A stretch of DNA of 64,000 nucleotides. Origin: Octopus bimaculoides (lineage: Eukaryota). Below, piece after piece: positions 13,191 through 27,108 of the stretch (its first letter is position 1; every line of letters begins with the position of its first letter). A program made the translations under genes and the position numbers. The notes under the pieces were generated by a model. That model did no database searches. It was not told the origin of the DNA and was given only the letters and a program-made list of their open reading frames with translations. Where the stretch lies: contig NC_068986.1 of the NCBI RefSeq assembly GCF_001194135.2, forward strand, positions 111,818,450 to 111,882,449, read 5' to 3'.

Positions 13191-13430
13191 GGCGGTGAGC
13201 TGGCAGAAACGTTAGCATGCCGGGCGAAATGCTTAGCGGTATTTCGTCCGCCGTTACGTTCTGAGTTCAAATTCCGCCGAGGTCGACTTTACCTTTCATT
13301 CTTTCGGGTTCGATAAATTAAGTACCAGTTGAGCACTGGGGTCGATGTAATCGACTTAATCCCTTTGTCTGTCCTTGTTTGTCCCCTCTATGTTTAGCCC
13401 CTTGTGGGCAATAAAGAAATAAGAAATAAG
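13191..13430 (+). mobile_element. tRNA-derived SINE family A, full length, tail variant 1
   Basis: Head ggcggtgagctggcagaaacgttag (A-box-like) and gagttcaaattc (B-box-like). The core ggtcgactttacctttcattctttcgggttcgataaattaagtacc resembles the Meta/MESC SINE core as I recall it. A-rich end aagaaataagaaa. At least five related copies in the window. Confidence 0.85.
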
Positions 13431-13431
13431 T

Positions 13432-13607
13432 ATGCCGGGGGAAATGCTTAGTGGTATTTCGTCTGCCTTTACGCCGTGGTCGAATTTGTCTTTTATCCTT
13501 TCGGGATCGATAAACTGAGTACCAGTTGCGTACTGGAGTCGATCTAATTGACTGGCCCCGTTCCCCCAAAATTTCGGGCCTTGTGCCTAGAGTTGAAAAG
13601 AATATAA
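13432..13607 (+). mobile_element. 5'-truncated SINE family A copy, tail variant 2, head-to-tail behind the previous copy
   Basis: Shares gaaatgcttagtggtatttcgtctgcc and the core; tail is ccccaaaatttcgggccttgtgcctagagttgaaaagaat. Confidence 0.8.
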
Positions 13608-16529
13608 GTTTTACACGGGTCGATTGACACGTTGTGACATTAAGACTAATACAAAAATATTATCAACAGGGATTTCTTTATTTTCACAAGTACCACAACA
13701 CCAGGAAATTATAACACAATGATTATTTAAGTAATGTTATTACATTTTTTTTTACTTGAAACAACTCTATTTTAACAACACAGCAAAAAAAAAAAAAGAA
13801 ACATCATTAGGTGTTGAGAGAAAAGTAACCCTAAAACGTATAGTCATGTTGCATAACAAGAAATACAGAAAAAAATTAAAGGTTTAGATTAAAACAAAAA
13901 GAAAAAAAAGATTTAAAGAAAGGATACTATGAAAACTGGTTGTCTACGATGTATTTCAAAGCAACTAACAATTCAAACAAACTAGTTACAGAGTGTTAAA
14001 ATAAAATATATAAAGGATACAAGTTAACGATTTCTTAATGTAATCCAACAGTTGATTCTGCATGAACAACACAACTGAAGTAAGGAAAATATAAAACGTG
14101 ATGGATTTGCGAATAAATAATTCACAGACGCCATTAACATAAAAAGCCATTAGCTAAATTCGTGTTAAGATAGTTATTGTAAGGCCCATTAAAAAGATAA
14201 CTAAAAATCGTCATACGGCGAACAAATGAACATAAAACATGTGAAAGAATATCATTTCATTTTACTGTTTGGTGGGGAACTATGCTTTTTTGTTTCATAT
14301 TACGTATGTTAAACAGGTTATCATTGACGTAACAGTTGTTTTGCACGTTAAGCTTCACTCTTGGATTTTAGTTACACGACTCTGTTTATATATAGCAACT
14401 GTATATATTTGTTATTGAGATTTAGCTCCCGATCGAGCAATCACTGGCATTCCAAATGAGAAAGTCAATCCTATTTTAGGTATATCTTCGATATCTTATC
14501 TAATGACTTCTTCCAATATATATTTCAAGATCCTATTGAGTTACTTGACGAATATTTGGCAGCTATTTCTTGAAAAATTGAGCAAATAAATTTGAACAGA
14601 TTAATTGAAATTCCTTGGATATACTCGTAATTTACATTCCAAATCTTCTGAATTTGCGATAAAATCTACTCATCGCTGATGAGCTCATATTAAGGCCAGA
14701 ATAAAACCTGATTTGTTTTTCGTGTTTGAGAAAATAATTATAATCATTTTGTAAAAAGAAACTATAAATATATATTTCATCTGAAAATAATTATTTCTCT
14801 TTAGCTCATTTAATTCCATTCCAAAATGTATGTTAATATTCATCTACTGAAATAACAAGCCAGGGTGACGAAAATACATTTTTTGTCTGACCTGCAAAAA
14901 TCCGTAAAATATCAAAGCAAAATAAGAAGTGAAGATTAATAAATATTAAATATATGATATCAGAAACATTCACAATATGCACTCTTTAAGGACATCTACG
15001 TTATTATATGTTCTGTAAGAGAGATGGCTTGCAGCAACACCAGCAATATTGAAATGCAAGTATATGAACAAATAAAATATATCAAAGTCGACCGATATTT
15101 CGAAGTGGTAGAGGAAAAGTATCCGAATGTTTGCCTTTGATGTGGAAACAACTAGAGAATTAATAACCAATGTATCCTTGTCTACATGGGAAAAACAAAT
15201 TTATATCACAGAAATAGATGTTGGTAAATTTAACAATAAGGAAGTACGGGACATTTAAACGGCTGTCTCAGTATGTCAAGAAGGGTGAGCAAAATTCCGT
15301 TAGATCACACAATCATAAAAGTACAGTTGTGCATTGCTAAAATTTGGGTTCTCCTGTTTTCAGCGACAGATGAAGTTTCTCCAACGTCTTACTGATTAGT
15401 CTATACAGACAATTCGCTTAAATGATCAAATATTTGTGCTATACGTATAGATGTCGAATGGATGTTTAATAAAATTATTCCGCAATACAATAACAACCAT
15501 AACAACAACCCAACACACGTCCATCATCAGCTACGCCACTGATATCGTTATGGGTTCGTCACCTGGGAACTACCATTCAATACGGCGATGTCAACAGCAC
15601 TAAAATAAGTGTTGTTTAGGAACGAACATGCCTTAGATATCACCACTTTCATTCAATCTTAATTGTAAGAAAGATTAAACACTAACGTTATTTAATTAAA
15701 CTACAATACATCAAGGAAAGTACATTTACAAAACAATATCAGTAAATTAATAAATTATAGAAATAAATTATAGAAATAAATTATAGAATTTACTATAAGT
15801 AAACCTATAACTAACTTCTAAATTATCTAACTGCATAGCAACCGACCCTGTTCACTTGATCCATGAAATCGACGCTGCCTGAACAGGTAACTGTGTGTCG
15901 CATTTCAGATGTGGAAGTGATCAGAGAATAAGTAAGATTAAGTGTTTTTTTTTCTCAAAACATCATGAACCGCCCGGTCTAGGAACCGAAATCAAGATCT
16001 AGAGAACGTGAAAGTAACACACTTGCTATTAGTCCATGCACTTTCACAGTGATTATGTGTTACTGCGATACTGTGATCCTGCAAATATTCTATTAGAGCC
16101 AAAATGTTGTAGGTCACGGCTGCAAAGCTTTTAACCGTTGATTCGAGATAGCTGTATGACAAGGACAAGCACAAACAGTAGAGATATTGCTATATGTTGA
16201 GATATTCTACGTAATGTACTCTTCATTGTACAATAACCGTATAAAGTATATGTTAGTGGCAGAAATGCATTTGAACTCAAAAATGTGTGCTGCCAAGACT
16301 TACACAACAGTAAGGACCGCCACAAATGAGAACAAGAACGACATGTAATAATCGTATATGAATACTGATTTCATATTTTGACATAAGGTCAACCTCATAT
16401 ATTAATTGTAAACGTGTCCAATGCGATGATCTGACAGAACCGTCAGCATACCAGACTTCGCTAATATAATCTACCAAGAAGGAGAGACAAGATTTGGACA
16501 ACTACCTAGTAATGGCTGCTGGAGCCTAC

Positions 16530-16810
16530 CAGCGAGTATTTAAAGGGAAATTTGGCAGGATGGTCAGTTGCCCGCTGACACTCATTGACGCTGAATCGAA
16601 GAGACCTGGGAACAGAAAGAAAAAGGGGAAAGAAGATATGCACTCCAACCCAGAGCTGAAGACACCTCCGAAAGGGAGGGGGGACCACGTGGAAAACGGT
16701 AGAGGAGTAGGGGCCGAAACCGGACGTGGTTCCTCCTGATGATGTATTTAGCCACTGCATCCTATAAAGTAGCTGTTGAGGTAGCAACCCATGAAACGAA
16801 GTTGGAATTC
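16530..16810 (+). mobile_element. unclassified ~280 bp interspersed repeat (copy 1) with TATA-Inr and ribozyme-like motifs; possible pseudo-LTR or solo LTR
   Basis: Aligns with the reverse complement of 43745-44025. TATTTAAA at 16537, TCAGTT at 16564, CTGAAGA at 16656, GAAAC at 16716, CTGATGA at 16736, GAAAC at 16793. Confidence 0.7.
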
Positions 16811-17504
16811 TTCTTTAGTAGGTCTGCCAACCACTTTGATGCTAGTTGCGTTGGGAGTAAACGATTGCATATTTTTTTCAGTAAGTACAGATCAAATCTT
16901 AGCGAACGATATTATGAGCAAATGTTATCTCTACAGAATTATTGTAACTACGTTTAATGTACTTTGTAGTAGGGTAAAGTTGCGTAACGAAATGCGGTAT
17001 CCCTAAAGGTCATCAATATGAGCAAATGCATTCAAAACGTAACTACCGTGTCATTCTAACGTTATCTAGGTTTATTTTATTGAATAGTAGATTCTCTTTA
17101 AAGCTGTTGGCAGACATGTTATGGAGATTTTACTACTATTTATAGTATGTCGAGATTCTTCCTGGGGTCAACAAGTTCCCCCGGTGATAACATTTTGGGA
17201 GTGCCAAAACTTCTTTAAAAATTGGAAAATGATACTAGTGAATCTTCCGCATGTACAAAGCCATCGAAAATAATTGTTTATTAAAAACAAGAAAATATGT
17301 TTTATGTAAGAAAAAGAAAACACAAAAAAAACAAGAAAAATACAAAACAAATTTGAAAGCAGAACTCAAAAATGAAAATATGAAACGGAAGACACCTTTC
17401 CCAACTCTCTAAAGATAATGCCAAACTTCACCACTTCGTTCTCCATTCAGATTAAATTTATTTCGGTAGAGATGTGCGAAAGACCTCACAGAAATTTATC
17501 AATA

Positions 17505-17512
17505 ACAACAAC

Positions 17513-17563
<51 letters not shown>

Positions 17564-17565
17564 TG
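17505..17565. repeat. (AAT)n microsatellite
   Basis: Directly visible. Confidence 0.95.
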
Positions 17566-17807
17566 TAATAATAAAATAGGTAAACCAGCGTTATTCGGTG
17601 GAAGATTTGCTACATTTAGTGGTGTGTTTATTGTCTAGAATTTCACACATTCAGGCGTTAATAAGTTAGACGTCCTGGTGCAGAATTAATGTGATAGCGA
17701 CCTAAATCTGTGAACGGGTCACGGTTCCTGGCTGTTGTTGTATCACTGAGTTTGTTAATATCTTTCGAAAACGTCTGAACAATACAAAATGTTCTCCAAT
17801 ATACTAC

Positions 17808-17857
<50 letters not shown>

Positions 17858-18140
17858 NNNNNNNNNNTATACTAATGAATCTTTTTTCTTCGATCCGTAT
17901 GCTTAGCGGGATAACATTTAATTCAGCGGAAACACACATGAAAATCTCTCTCTTTACCTCTCTCTCTCACACACACACTCTCTCTCTCACTCACTCTCTC
18001 TTTTTCCCTACATATATATATTTTTTCATCAGTTTCAGCTCAGAGCTGCGGCCATGCTGGAGCTACACACACACACACATACACACACACACACACACAC
18101 ACATACATACATACATATATACTTATATATNNNNNNNNNN

Positions 18141-18204
<64 letters not shown>

Positions 18205-18934
18205 GCAGACACACATCGCTGTCTAATCTAACTCTATGTCTCTCTCTGCATATGTATGTACACACGCACTCACACAGATACACACACATATATAGGTGTA
18301 GATATCATAAGTCTACAAACATAGTTACACAAATGCTTGCATACATTGATATATGACCTCTGAGGTGGCAAAATTTACTGGAATCTGGAGCATCTTTTAT
18401 TAAGAAAGAGAGGACCCTTCAAATATAATATGGTTAGATGCAATAAACCGTTTCTTTTTCATGTATAACCCTTTTGTTTCAATATAAAATAGTTTAAGTG
18501 AAAGTGTATAAATATCATCAAAAGAAATATTCTTCAAATGAAAATATAATGGAAAAATGTCAGAGATGGAATATTTCTAAAGTTATATTAATTATGAAGA
18601 AAATTGTTGACACCTGCTGTTTCTCAATTTATTTCCAAGGCGGTCAGTAATTCAAGAATTGTAGAATTCTGAAGATAAACATGTTAGATGTTTGCGAAAA
18701 TATGTGCAAATGATTGTTTCGTACTTTGTTAGATGGTAAAGTTTTAGGTTTCGGATATTGGAGATACATAAATGCCACTGATTATTGTTTATACGTATGA
18801 TAGCGATGCTGTTCTTTGACCCCATTAGTATACTCATCCAGCAGCATTGCTATATTAACAAATATGGGTTATATTATAGATGGGTTCGTTTACTAATGGT
18901 TAGACGTGTCGTAAATCCTTTCTGATCTGTGGCT

Positions 18935-19620
18935 TCATCAAAGATTTGGGCTTCAAGGTATTTGTAAATTTCAACCTGTTCGAGTCCCTCTCACTGACGA
19001 ACTTGATGTTACTATTTACCTTCATTTTCCCTACAAACATGACTATTGTTTCTTTTCTTTTCTTTTCGGGGGTTGGAATGAGGTTAAAGAACATGCGTTT
19101 TTGATACATTTTCAGTTTTGCTTAATATGATCTGGGGAAGCAAAAGTGTCCCAACTAAATTGAAAACAAGCGTAGAGCGAATGATCACTTGTCCAAAGGT
19201 GTTTATGTTTGTAAAGAATGGATTTTCAAGAAATTTGACGATAACACAATCAAAACATTTCGAGCGTCGGTGTATACGAGAATGTTGCTGCGAGTCTCTT
19301 ATAAGGGCCATCAGACAAATGGATAGGTGTAACAGCAAGTAGGTGAACGACAACAACTTCTGAACATTGTGTAAAACAAAAGGTCATCTATTTGTGGCCA
19401 TATTCAAAGAAGTAGAGGTACAGAAAACATCATCTTGGTAGCGAGAACAGAGGGTTGCAGAAGAAAAGGCAGCAAAGAAGGCAATAAACGTACAATATTA
19501 AGAGCCGGTTCGACAGGGGTGGCAAGACAGCTGGAGAACCCACGCTTAATCGGGAAGATTTGTTGTAGTGTCATCAATGCGCTGCCGCAGTACGATACAT
19601 GACGACGACAACGATATTAT
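18935..19620 (+). mobile_element. decayed RTE-clade (BovB-like) LINE 3' end
   Basis: Fragments IWGSKSVPTKLK, KFDDNTIKTF..YTRMLLRVSY.GHQTN and LLNIV*NKRSSICGHIQRSRGTENIILVARTEGCRRKG recall RTE ORF C-terminal motifs (IW....LP.KLK; RRMLRISW..H.TN; FGHI.RR......EGKR.RG). Ends near short gac repeats. Confidence 0.75.
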
Positions 19621-21104
19621 ATCTAAATCACAAAACATTGATTCGTAGTTATTTTTTTTATTTCTGAGAAAGCGCATGACGAAAAGAATTTTTTTTTCCA
19701 GTATAACAACTATTTTTGTTATTGTACTCTGTAATTAATGATAAACTTTTGAAATGTTAAATAGATTCCACTAATCTCATATTCCAAGTCTAATATAAAC
19801 AGGATAACGAATGGAATGCATTACATGCGTGCAGGAGATAAAATACTATGTATACATTGGTTTGTTACCTGATACGATTCGCCATTAAATAGAATCTTAA
19901 TTTTCAAAACCAAATATTAGCACGCAAAAGAAAATCAAGATTATTATCTTAATACGATGGCCTCCCAATTAACCTGATACACGATCTAACCTACCATATT
20001 CCTATAAACTATATTTAGTGATTTGCTGTTCATCTTTTGGAATATAACCGAGAGTACAATGGATGAACATCTTTATTGTTCGTAGATCAACGTTTCCAAG
20101 CCATTTACTTGTAATCTTTTTGTTGAGCTTGTTATTCACTGTGAAAGTATACTTTCCCTAATAAAATGAAGATCAAATGCGTTACAATAGTAATTACCAC
20201 ACTATTCTCATCAGAAGTAGATTTTTTTTACCCGTGTAGCAGGTTCAGTCATGGCGTAGAGAATCCTAGGGTATATGACGAACCTATTCAATTAAATTGA
20301 AAACATATTTTCTCCATATCATTCCCCACAATGGTTTTTCACTTTACTTCGAAATTTTCAATCATTTTATTACTGGCTCATAAATACTAACTAATCGACC
20401 ATTTCTACTATGAGCTTCATAATATTCCCGGAATGGTTGTGATTTTTCTCAGATCTTACTTCGAGTTCACGCTTTAGATTTATTTCGTTCTTTGTCCCAT
20501 AATTTGTGTATGCTGCAGCAGTATGACAGGCCACACATTTGTACTTTTGACCAATAATTTCATCGACAGAAACATTTTTGGCAATATGCTGACATTAAGT
20601 GATACACAATATTTCCTGCTATGTTCATAGCTAGAAATGGTTGTCAACTTCAAATAATAACTTTTGTGCACTCTTTTTGTGGGTGCTGCTCCATATTGCA
20701 TTGCATTTCTAGTCTTTCTCGGTAGAAATGCCTCAGAGGAGATTTTATGAATTTCTTTAAACCGTTGCATTTTCTCCTTAAAGCTAGCACTCATATTTTT
20801 GTACGTTATTTTTAGGTCTCAATGGTCTCCAGTATTTGCATTGCTACAGTGTCCAGCCGACAATATAGTAATTCACGACACGACGGACGAATTTTATAAG
20901 ACAAATGCGGAAAAATTGACAGTGATTAAAAGGATAAAACAAAGTCCACGCGGATCATGTTGCAGGGAAGGTGAGAGCTGCTTCAAGGATGAGAGAAACG
21001 TATAGATTGTGAAAGAGAGTGCAGGTTGTACGACCACGGGCAAAGAAATATAAGTTTGCCAATTCATGCAGTGTTGTGAATCTGAATACACAAAATGCGC
21101 ACAC

Positions 21105-21156
<52 letters not shown>

Positions 21157-21731
21157 ATATACATACACACATATATATACATACATATATATACATATGA
21201 TCTCTTTACGCTTCACTCTTGCATTTTTCTCGATAAATATCGTGGCAAAATTTACAGGATGATTTGTCACGTACAAATTGCAGCTGCACCATACACCGTT
21301 CCTTTGTTTCAATGTAGAAATTTGCGGTGCCACAGACCCTTTCTCTATCAATGAGCAGGAGTTCACTTGACATATCTGCCAGGGCTGTTTGCAAGTCATC
21401 TTTGCAGAGAACAAGTACAGACACGGCGGCCGCGACAAATCAAGTGTAAATCTCCCTCATCGTCTCATCCACATCTGTAACACATTGTAGAAAGATTGCT
21501 CTTCAACCTCTAAACAACATGTTACCTTGCCTTCGTTCTTTCTGCCAAATATTTCATTGATATATTCCTATACTTTTTCGAGTGCAAATTTATTAGACTA
21601 AGCACATGGAGGTGTGAGTGTGGGTGGGTAGTTCTACCTTTCATTTATTGGGTGGTTGACTCCGATTTTCTTAAAAAACGGTTCGAGCTTTTGTACGTCG
21701 TCGCTAAATAGAATATTTTGAAAACGGCAAT

Positions 21732-21732
<1 letters not shown>

Positions 21733-21804
<72 letters not shown>

Positions 21805-21826
21805 CAGTAGTAGTTATAGTAGTAGT
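21733..21826. repeat. (TAG)n microsatellite
   Basis: Directly visible. Confidence 0.95.
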
Positions 21827-22375
21827 ATCTCAAACCTTCTTTGTAATTTGCGTGTGTGTGCCGAGCAATGTGATGCATGGCATACGCTATTTACATGAGA
21901 ATCCAAGTCATGGATACTTCATTTATGACCGCAGGAAAGAAGAGAAATTTCACACAATGAATATTCAGTCTGTATATATATATATATTTATTTATTTGAT
22001 AACATATGCATAGAAAAACAAACTAAAACGCAAGAAATGCTTATTGAACACGGTTAGAGGAACTAGAATGCCTTCTCCACACATGCTATTTCATATTAAA
22101 TCAATTTCCTTTTACACAAAACGCTAATGCGATTGGGTCACATGTAAAGGTTTCATGGTTCTCTTTTGTCTTAAATAAACGGCATTTTGTTTAAGGTATT
22201 TAAACACAGCGATATTCTTCATACAAAGCTCCATGCACCATTACATACTACTAGTTTCCACATACACACACACACACACACATACATATATTTATATTAA
22301 TACAAATACATATACGAAAGTGTGTGCTTGGCCGTATCATATACACATAAATGCATATATACATATGTTTATATA

Positions 22376-22430
<55 letters not shown>

Positions 22431-25400
22431 NNNNNNNNNNNNNNNNNNNNNNNNNNNNNNNNNNNNNNNNNNNNNNNNNNNNNNNNNNNNNNNNNNNNNN
22501 NNNNNNNNNNNNNNNNNNNNNNNNNNNNNNNNNNNNNNNNNNNNNNNNNNNNNNNNNNNNNNNNNNNNNNNNNNNNNNNNNNNNNNNNNNNNNNNNNNNN
22601 NNNNNNNNNNNNNNNNNNNNNNNNNNNNNNNNNNNNNNNNNNNNNNNNNNNNNNNNNNNNNNNNNNNNNNNNNNNNNNNNNNNNNNNNNNNNNNNNNNNN
22701 NNNNNNNNNNNNNNNNNNNNNNNNNNNNNNNNNNNNNNNNNNNNNNNNNNNNNNNNNNNNNNNNNNNNNNNNNNNNNNNNNNNNNNNNNNNNNNNNNNNN
22801 NNNNNNNNNNNNNNNNNNNNNNNNNNNNNNATATATATATATATATATATAAAGTAAGTACGTAAGCCTTATGTATTTATGTATGAATGCATGCACTCAT
22901 TCATTTGTAACATATTGCATGGATGATTACCCAACACCGGAAATTTAGATAAGCGATTGTTCCTTTTTGGGGGTTTTATAATATTCTGTTATCGCTCCGG
23001 TACCGAAGGTTTCCCGCTGATAAATACTAGTAATTTATCAACCAGAAGTTAAACCACAGATGACACTTCACCATAAAATCTGATTCATTCGTATTTTAAA
23101 TTGTGAATGAAAAGGTATGTATTTTTATCGGTAGGAAGATTAGTAATAAAATTATCATACTCTCATAGACTGGTGCAAATACACAAGCACATGCACATAC
23201 ATAGACACACAAACATACGTATACACATGTATATGCATGGAGAGAGAAAGGTGGGGAAAGCGGAGATTGACATTGAGGTTGAGAGATACAGATAGACAGA
23301 CATATAGCTGGGTACTCATAAATCGATTCTTTCGAATGATCATTTAATTGTTCGATCAACTGAATATTTTACTCATTGAATGGATACCTGAAATAGCTGT
23401 GCATTCTCCCGGCACGTTATTCTCAGGCCCACTGAGAATACCACAGCGTGAGAAGCCTAACATTTAAACTGACGTACAATACCCTCAACCACATCCACTG
23501 TCTTCTTTAGTTAACCTCACTAAAAATGCTTGTGTCGATTGCATCTTATGGCAAAGAAATTTCTCTCTAATTTTCTACTTATGACGAGAAATTCGTACCC
23601 CTACATAGAAGACATTACATCAGTTAGAAATATCAATACTATCTTATGTTCATGACATGTTAAAATCACACAAATTCAGTGAAATTTAGAATTTCTAGTA
23701 GTCTGTATAGGGTAGTTAGAAAAGGAATCTGAACTTTTTGTCTTAGAGTAAAACGTATTTGTAAATAGTAATCTGTATAGCCTACTTAACGTGGATACAC
23801 TGTAAGAACACCCTGAATGCTGTAGTATTCATTTTGAGAAAGCATCGTAACGACCTGTAATGTAGAAAGCACAGAATTGTTGCGACAAGCGAGCAATGTC
23901 TAGCCTCAGTTTCTATTTGCTTCATTTTTCCAGAGGAGGTCATCTATCTGCGACACCACTTACATATCCATACACGCGACGTTTGGCATGCACATGGTAA
24001 CAGTAGATACTTGCTGTTGATGAGGCGCAAGCACGCAGAAATCCCGTGATCTAGCATATCCATGCTGTTGCTAGACATACTTTGTCAGTTGCTCGTATTT
24101 CTGTGGCTATGACTTCATACGGGATGTAGCCTCGATACGAAACTGCAGTATCATGACGATCTTCGCGCGAGGCCATATTCTTTTCCCTCCCACTGCATGT
24201 GCACTTAAATGAACTGGTGAACTCTCTCATAACTAAGTAGGTTTGTAGTGTTGTACTTCCTTGAACTTTTCCAGTGCGTAGCTATATTTTTGAGTGGCAA
24301 CATTGTTAAGTGTGCCACATTCACCAGAGAGTATTTCGTCAGAACAATAACAACAACGGCTACTATAGTACCACTTCACCACCGCCTCGTGAGAGGCAGA
24401 TGCTTTAAACAAGAAACTGGGCTAACTGGGCATTAAATTAATTGGAGTTTTGTTACATGTCATTTCCATGGTATTGCTATTGAATAATAATTCACTTTCT
24501 ACTCCATATTCAAGCCTTGTCTCTTTCTGTTTATTCTGAGCAATCTTCCGAAAGCTTAATTCCATAATAAACTCTCACACGCTCCTGAACACACTAACAC
24601 TCACACATGAAAACGAAGAAAACGCAGATGCATACACATACACCTTTATACATGCGTGTATGCGCGTGTGTGTGTGTGTGTGTGTGTATGTATGTGTATA
24701 CATATGCATATGTGTGCGTATGTGTGTATATGTTTAAACATGTGCATTTATGTGCACAATACACATAGAAATGAACAAACCAGACACACGTCTATACATA
24801 TACACGTGCTCAAAGACACAGTGGTGCATATATGTAGGCATGAAAACTAACAGCATCTGCACACATGGTTGTATATAAACACATATAACAACACATGCAA
24901 GCATAGAAATGAACGCACTCTAATACCAAACCATACACTGAAACATCGTCTTAGGAGAAGGAATGAAGTCACAACTCAAACATGCGCATGCGCATACATC
25001 CACATCTAATCACACATTAACATGAAAAGCAGCAAAACCACACCCGCGAACATACACAGATACATACCTAACAGGCCCACATACACAGCTAATGCACACT
25101 CGCACTTACAATATGAACTCAGTCATGAAGGAGCAGGCAGGTGCATGCGCAAACACACGTGAGACTCTCGCGTGTACACGATTCTGGTAACCGTACACAT
25201 ACACATACATTCTAGGTACAGACATACACACATTCTCAAAGACACTCCCCAACCGCCAAGACTGGGATTTAAAAAAGAAAAATTAAACAAGATTTTTTCC
25301 TATCTATTTGTTAATTTATTTGTTTATTTATTTATTTATTACTTGACTTTATCTTCAATTATCGAAATTGCAAATTTATCCGTCAACGTGTCCTATCTAC

Positions 25401-25439
25401 TTCTTCCCCTTCCTTTATTTTTGTTGTGCTTGTTGTGAC

Positions 25440-25723
25440 TTTTTATCATCATCATCATCCTCTTCTTCTTCTTCGTCTTCTTCTTATTATTATCATTATT
25501 CGTCTTCTCTTTTATTCTTCTTTCTTTTTCTACCTCTTCCTTTTTATTTCTGTTTCTGTTTCATGCTTTTCCTTCTCCTTCATCTTCACTTTTATTCTTT
25601 TCTTCCTCCTCTTCTTCTCCTTCTCTTTTATTCCTCATTCCTTTTCTTCTTCCCCCTTTCTTCCTCTTCTTTTTCTCACTACTACTACCACTAGTGCTGC
25701 TGCTGCTGCCGTCACCACTGCCA

Positions 25724-25754
<31 letters not shown>

Positions 25755-26060
25755 CACTAGTATTCCTACAAATGTTGCTAGTGTTCCTGATGCTTGATGC
25801 CATTCCAGCTAATTTTGAATTTCATCTTCATGTTTATAACATTATTACGACGGAAAAATCCTCCGTCACCACCACCACTCATTCCATTCTCATTACCCAC
25901 ACCACTACCACCACCACCACCACCACCGTGACTACCAACAATGACAACACTACCTAAACCAATGCCATCCCCACTCTCAACGCAAGTGTTGGACACGAGC
26001 ATTGCAACCACCAACACCACCAATTTTACAACCTGTACACCCACCACCATCACCGACTGA
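25440..26060. repeat. compound trinucleotide low-complexity tract (TCA, TCT, CTA, GCT, CCA)
   Basis: Directly visible; source of the poly-S/T/G/P ORFs. Confidence 0.9.
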
Positions 26061-26254
26061 TAAGAAATAGCCAACCTTTTAGAACGCAAGTAAAACCCTA
26101 ATCACGAAAACCGCAAACAAAATAAACAACACCTTGTATCAGAAATCTAAATAGGGAGCTGATACAATTATTAAATATTTCTTAGAAAAAACAGAATAGT
26201 GACAAATATTTTCAGAAAACATGAACCCCAAAATGCTCACTTTAACACTATAGG

Positions 26255-26425
26255 GAGTAACTAATAGCAGCTGCAACGGTTACAATGCTCATGCAACACT
26301 TTATATCATAATTACAACCCCAAAGTAATAATACTCGAAGTACAAAATCAATCTGAGAGAATACGTTTCTGAACAAAAATCACTCACTACATACAGGATG
26401 AGGAAGGATCGCAAATGCGACGCAC
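26255..26425 (+). mobile_element. short remnant of a non-LTR retrotransposon APE endonuclease N-terminus
   Basis: Across frameshifts: SCNG, LMQHFIS*YNPKVIILE and TYRMRKDR, in the order of the APE N-terminal motifs (NCNG; I.L.ET; RKDR). Confidence 0.45.
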
Positions 26426-26675
26426 ATGATCCACAACCATGATCCACAGTTGCATTGAATGCTTTCCTTCCATTAATCAATCACTGTCCAAAAATCAAAT
26501 CTCACAATATTCAGCCACCAAGTATCAGATGCCTCAACGTCTGCGGCCTGATGGAAATATTAGTATACCTAATATTTAGGCTTATTTGCCTTCACACATT
26601 CCATTTGTAGTATCACAGGCGTTTCACGATAAAATTATCTTGATTGTTGACGTAAAAATCATTTGAAATGATATA

Positions 26676-26887
26676 TTTTGTACTCTAGGTACAAGGCCCG
26701 GAATTCTTGGGAGCGGGCCAGTCGATTAGATTGATCTCAGTACGCAACTGGTACTTAATTTATCGACCCTGAAAGGATGAAAACAAAGTCGACCTTGGCG
26801 GAAATTGAACTCAGAACGTTAAGACAAACGAAATACTGCTACGCATTTCGCCCGGTCTGCTAACGATTCTGCCAGCTCCACCGCCTT
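26676..26887 (-). mobile_element. SINE family A, full length, tail variant 2
   Basis: Reverse complement reads ggcggtggagctggcagaatcgttagcag...gagttcaatttccgccaaggtcgactttg...gggccttgtacctagagta. Confidence 0.85.
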
Positions 26888-27007
26888 AATAACAACAACA
26901 ACAGCAACAATAATAATAAACAGTTATGTCACAATCATTATCACCATCCTACACCTTATTAGTGACATCATCATCATCATCATCATCGTCGTCGTCGTCA
27001 TCATCAC

Positions 27008-27108
27008 AAAGTCGACCTCGACGGAATTTGAACTCAGAACGTAAAGACAGACGAAATACCGCTCAGCGTTTTGTCCGGCCTGCTAACGTCTCTGCCGGCT
27101 CGCGGCCT
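27008..27108 (-). mobile_element. SINE family A, 5' head only
   Basis: aaagtcgacctcgacggaatttgaactcagaacgtaaagacagacgaaataccgc...tgccggctcgcggcc. Confidence 0.8.

Noticed and set aside
23880-24190. Possible Tc1 N-terminus (REDRH) or 63 bp plus-strand exon
   Set aside because: Only a 5-residue resemblance. The splice-like sites occur on both strands with all frames open, so nothing is discriminating.
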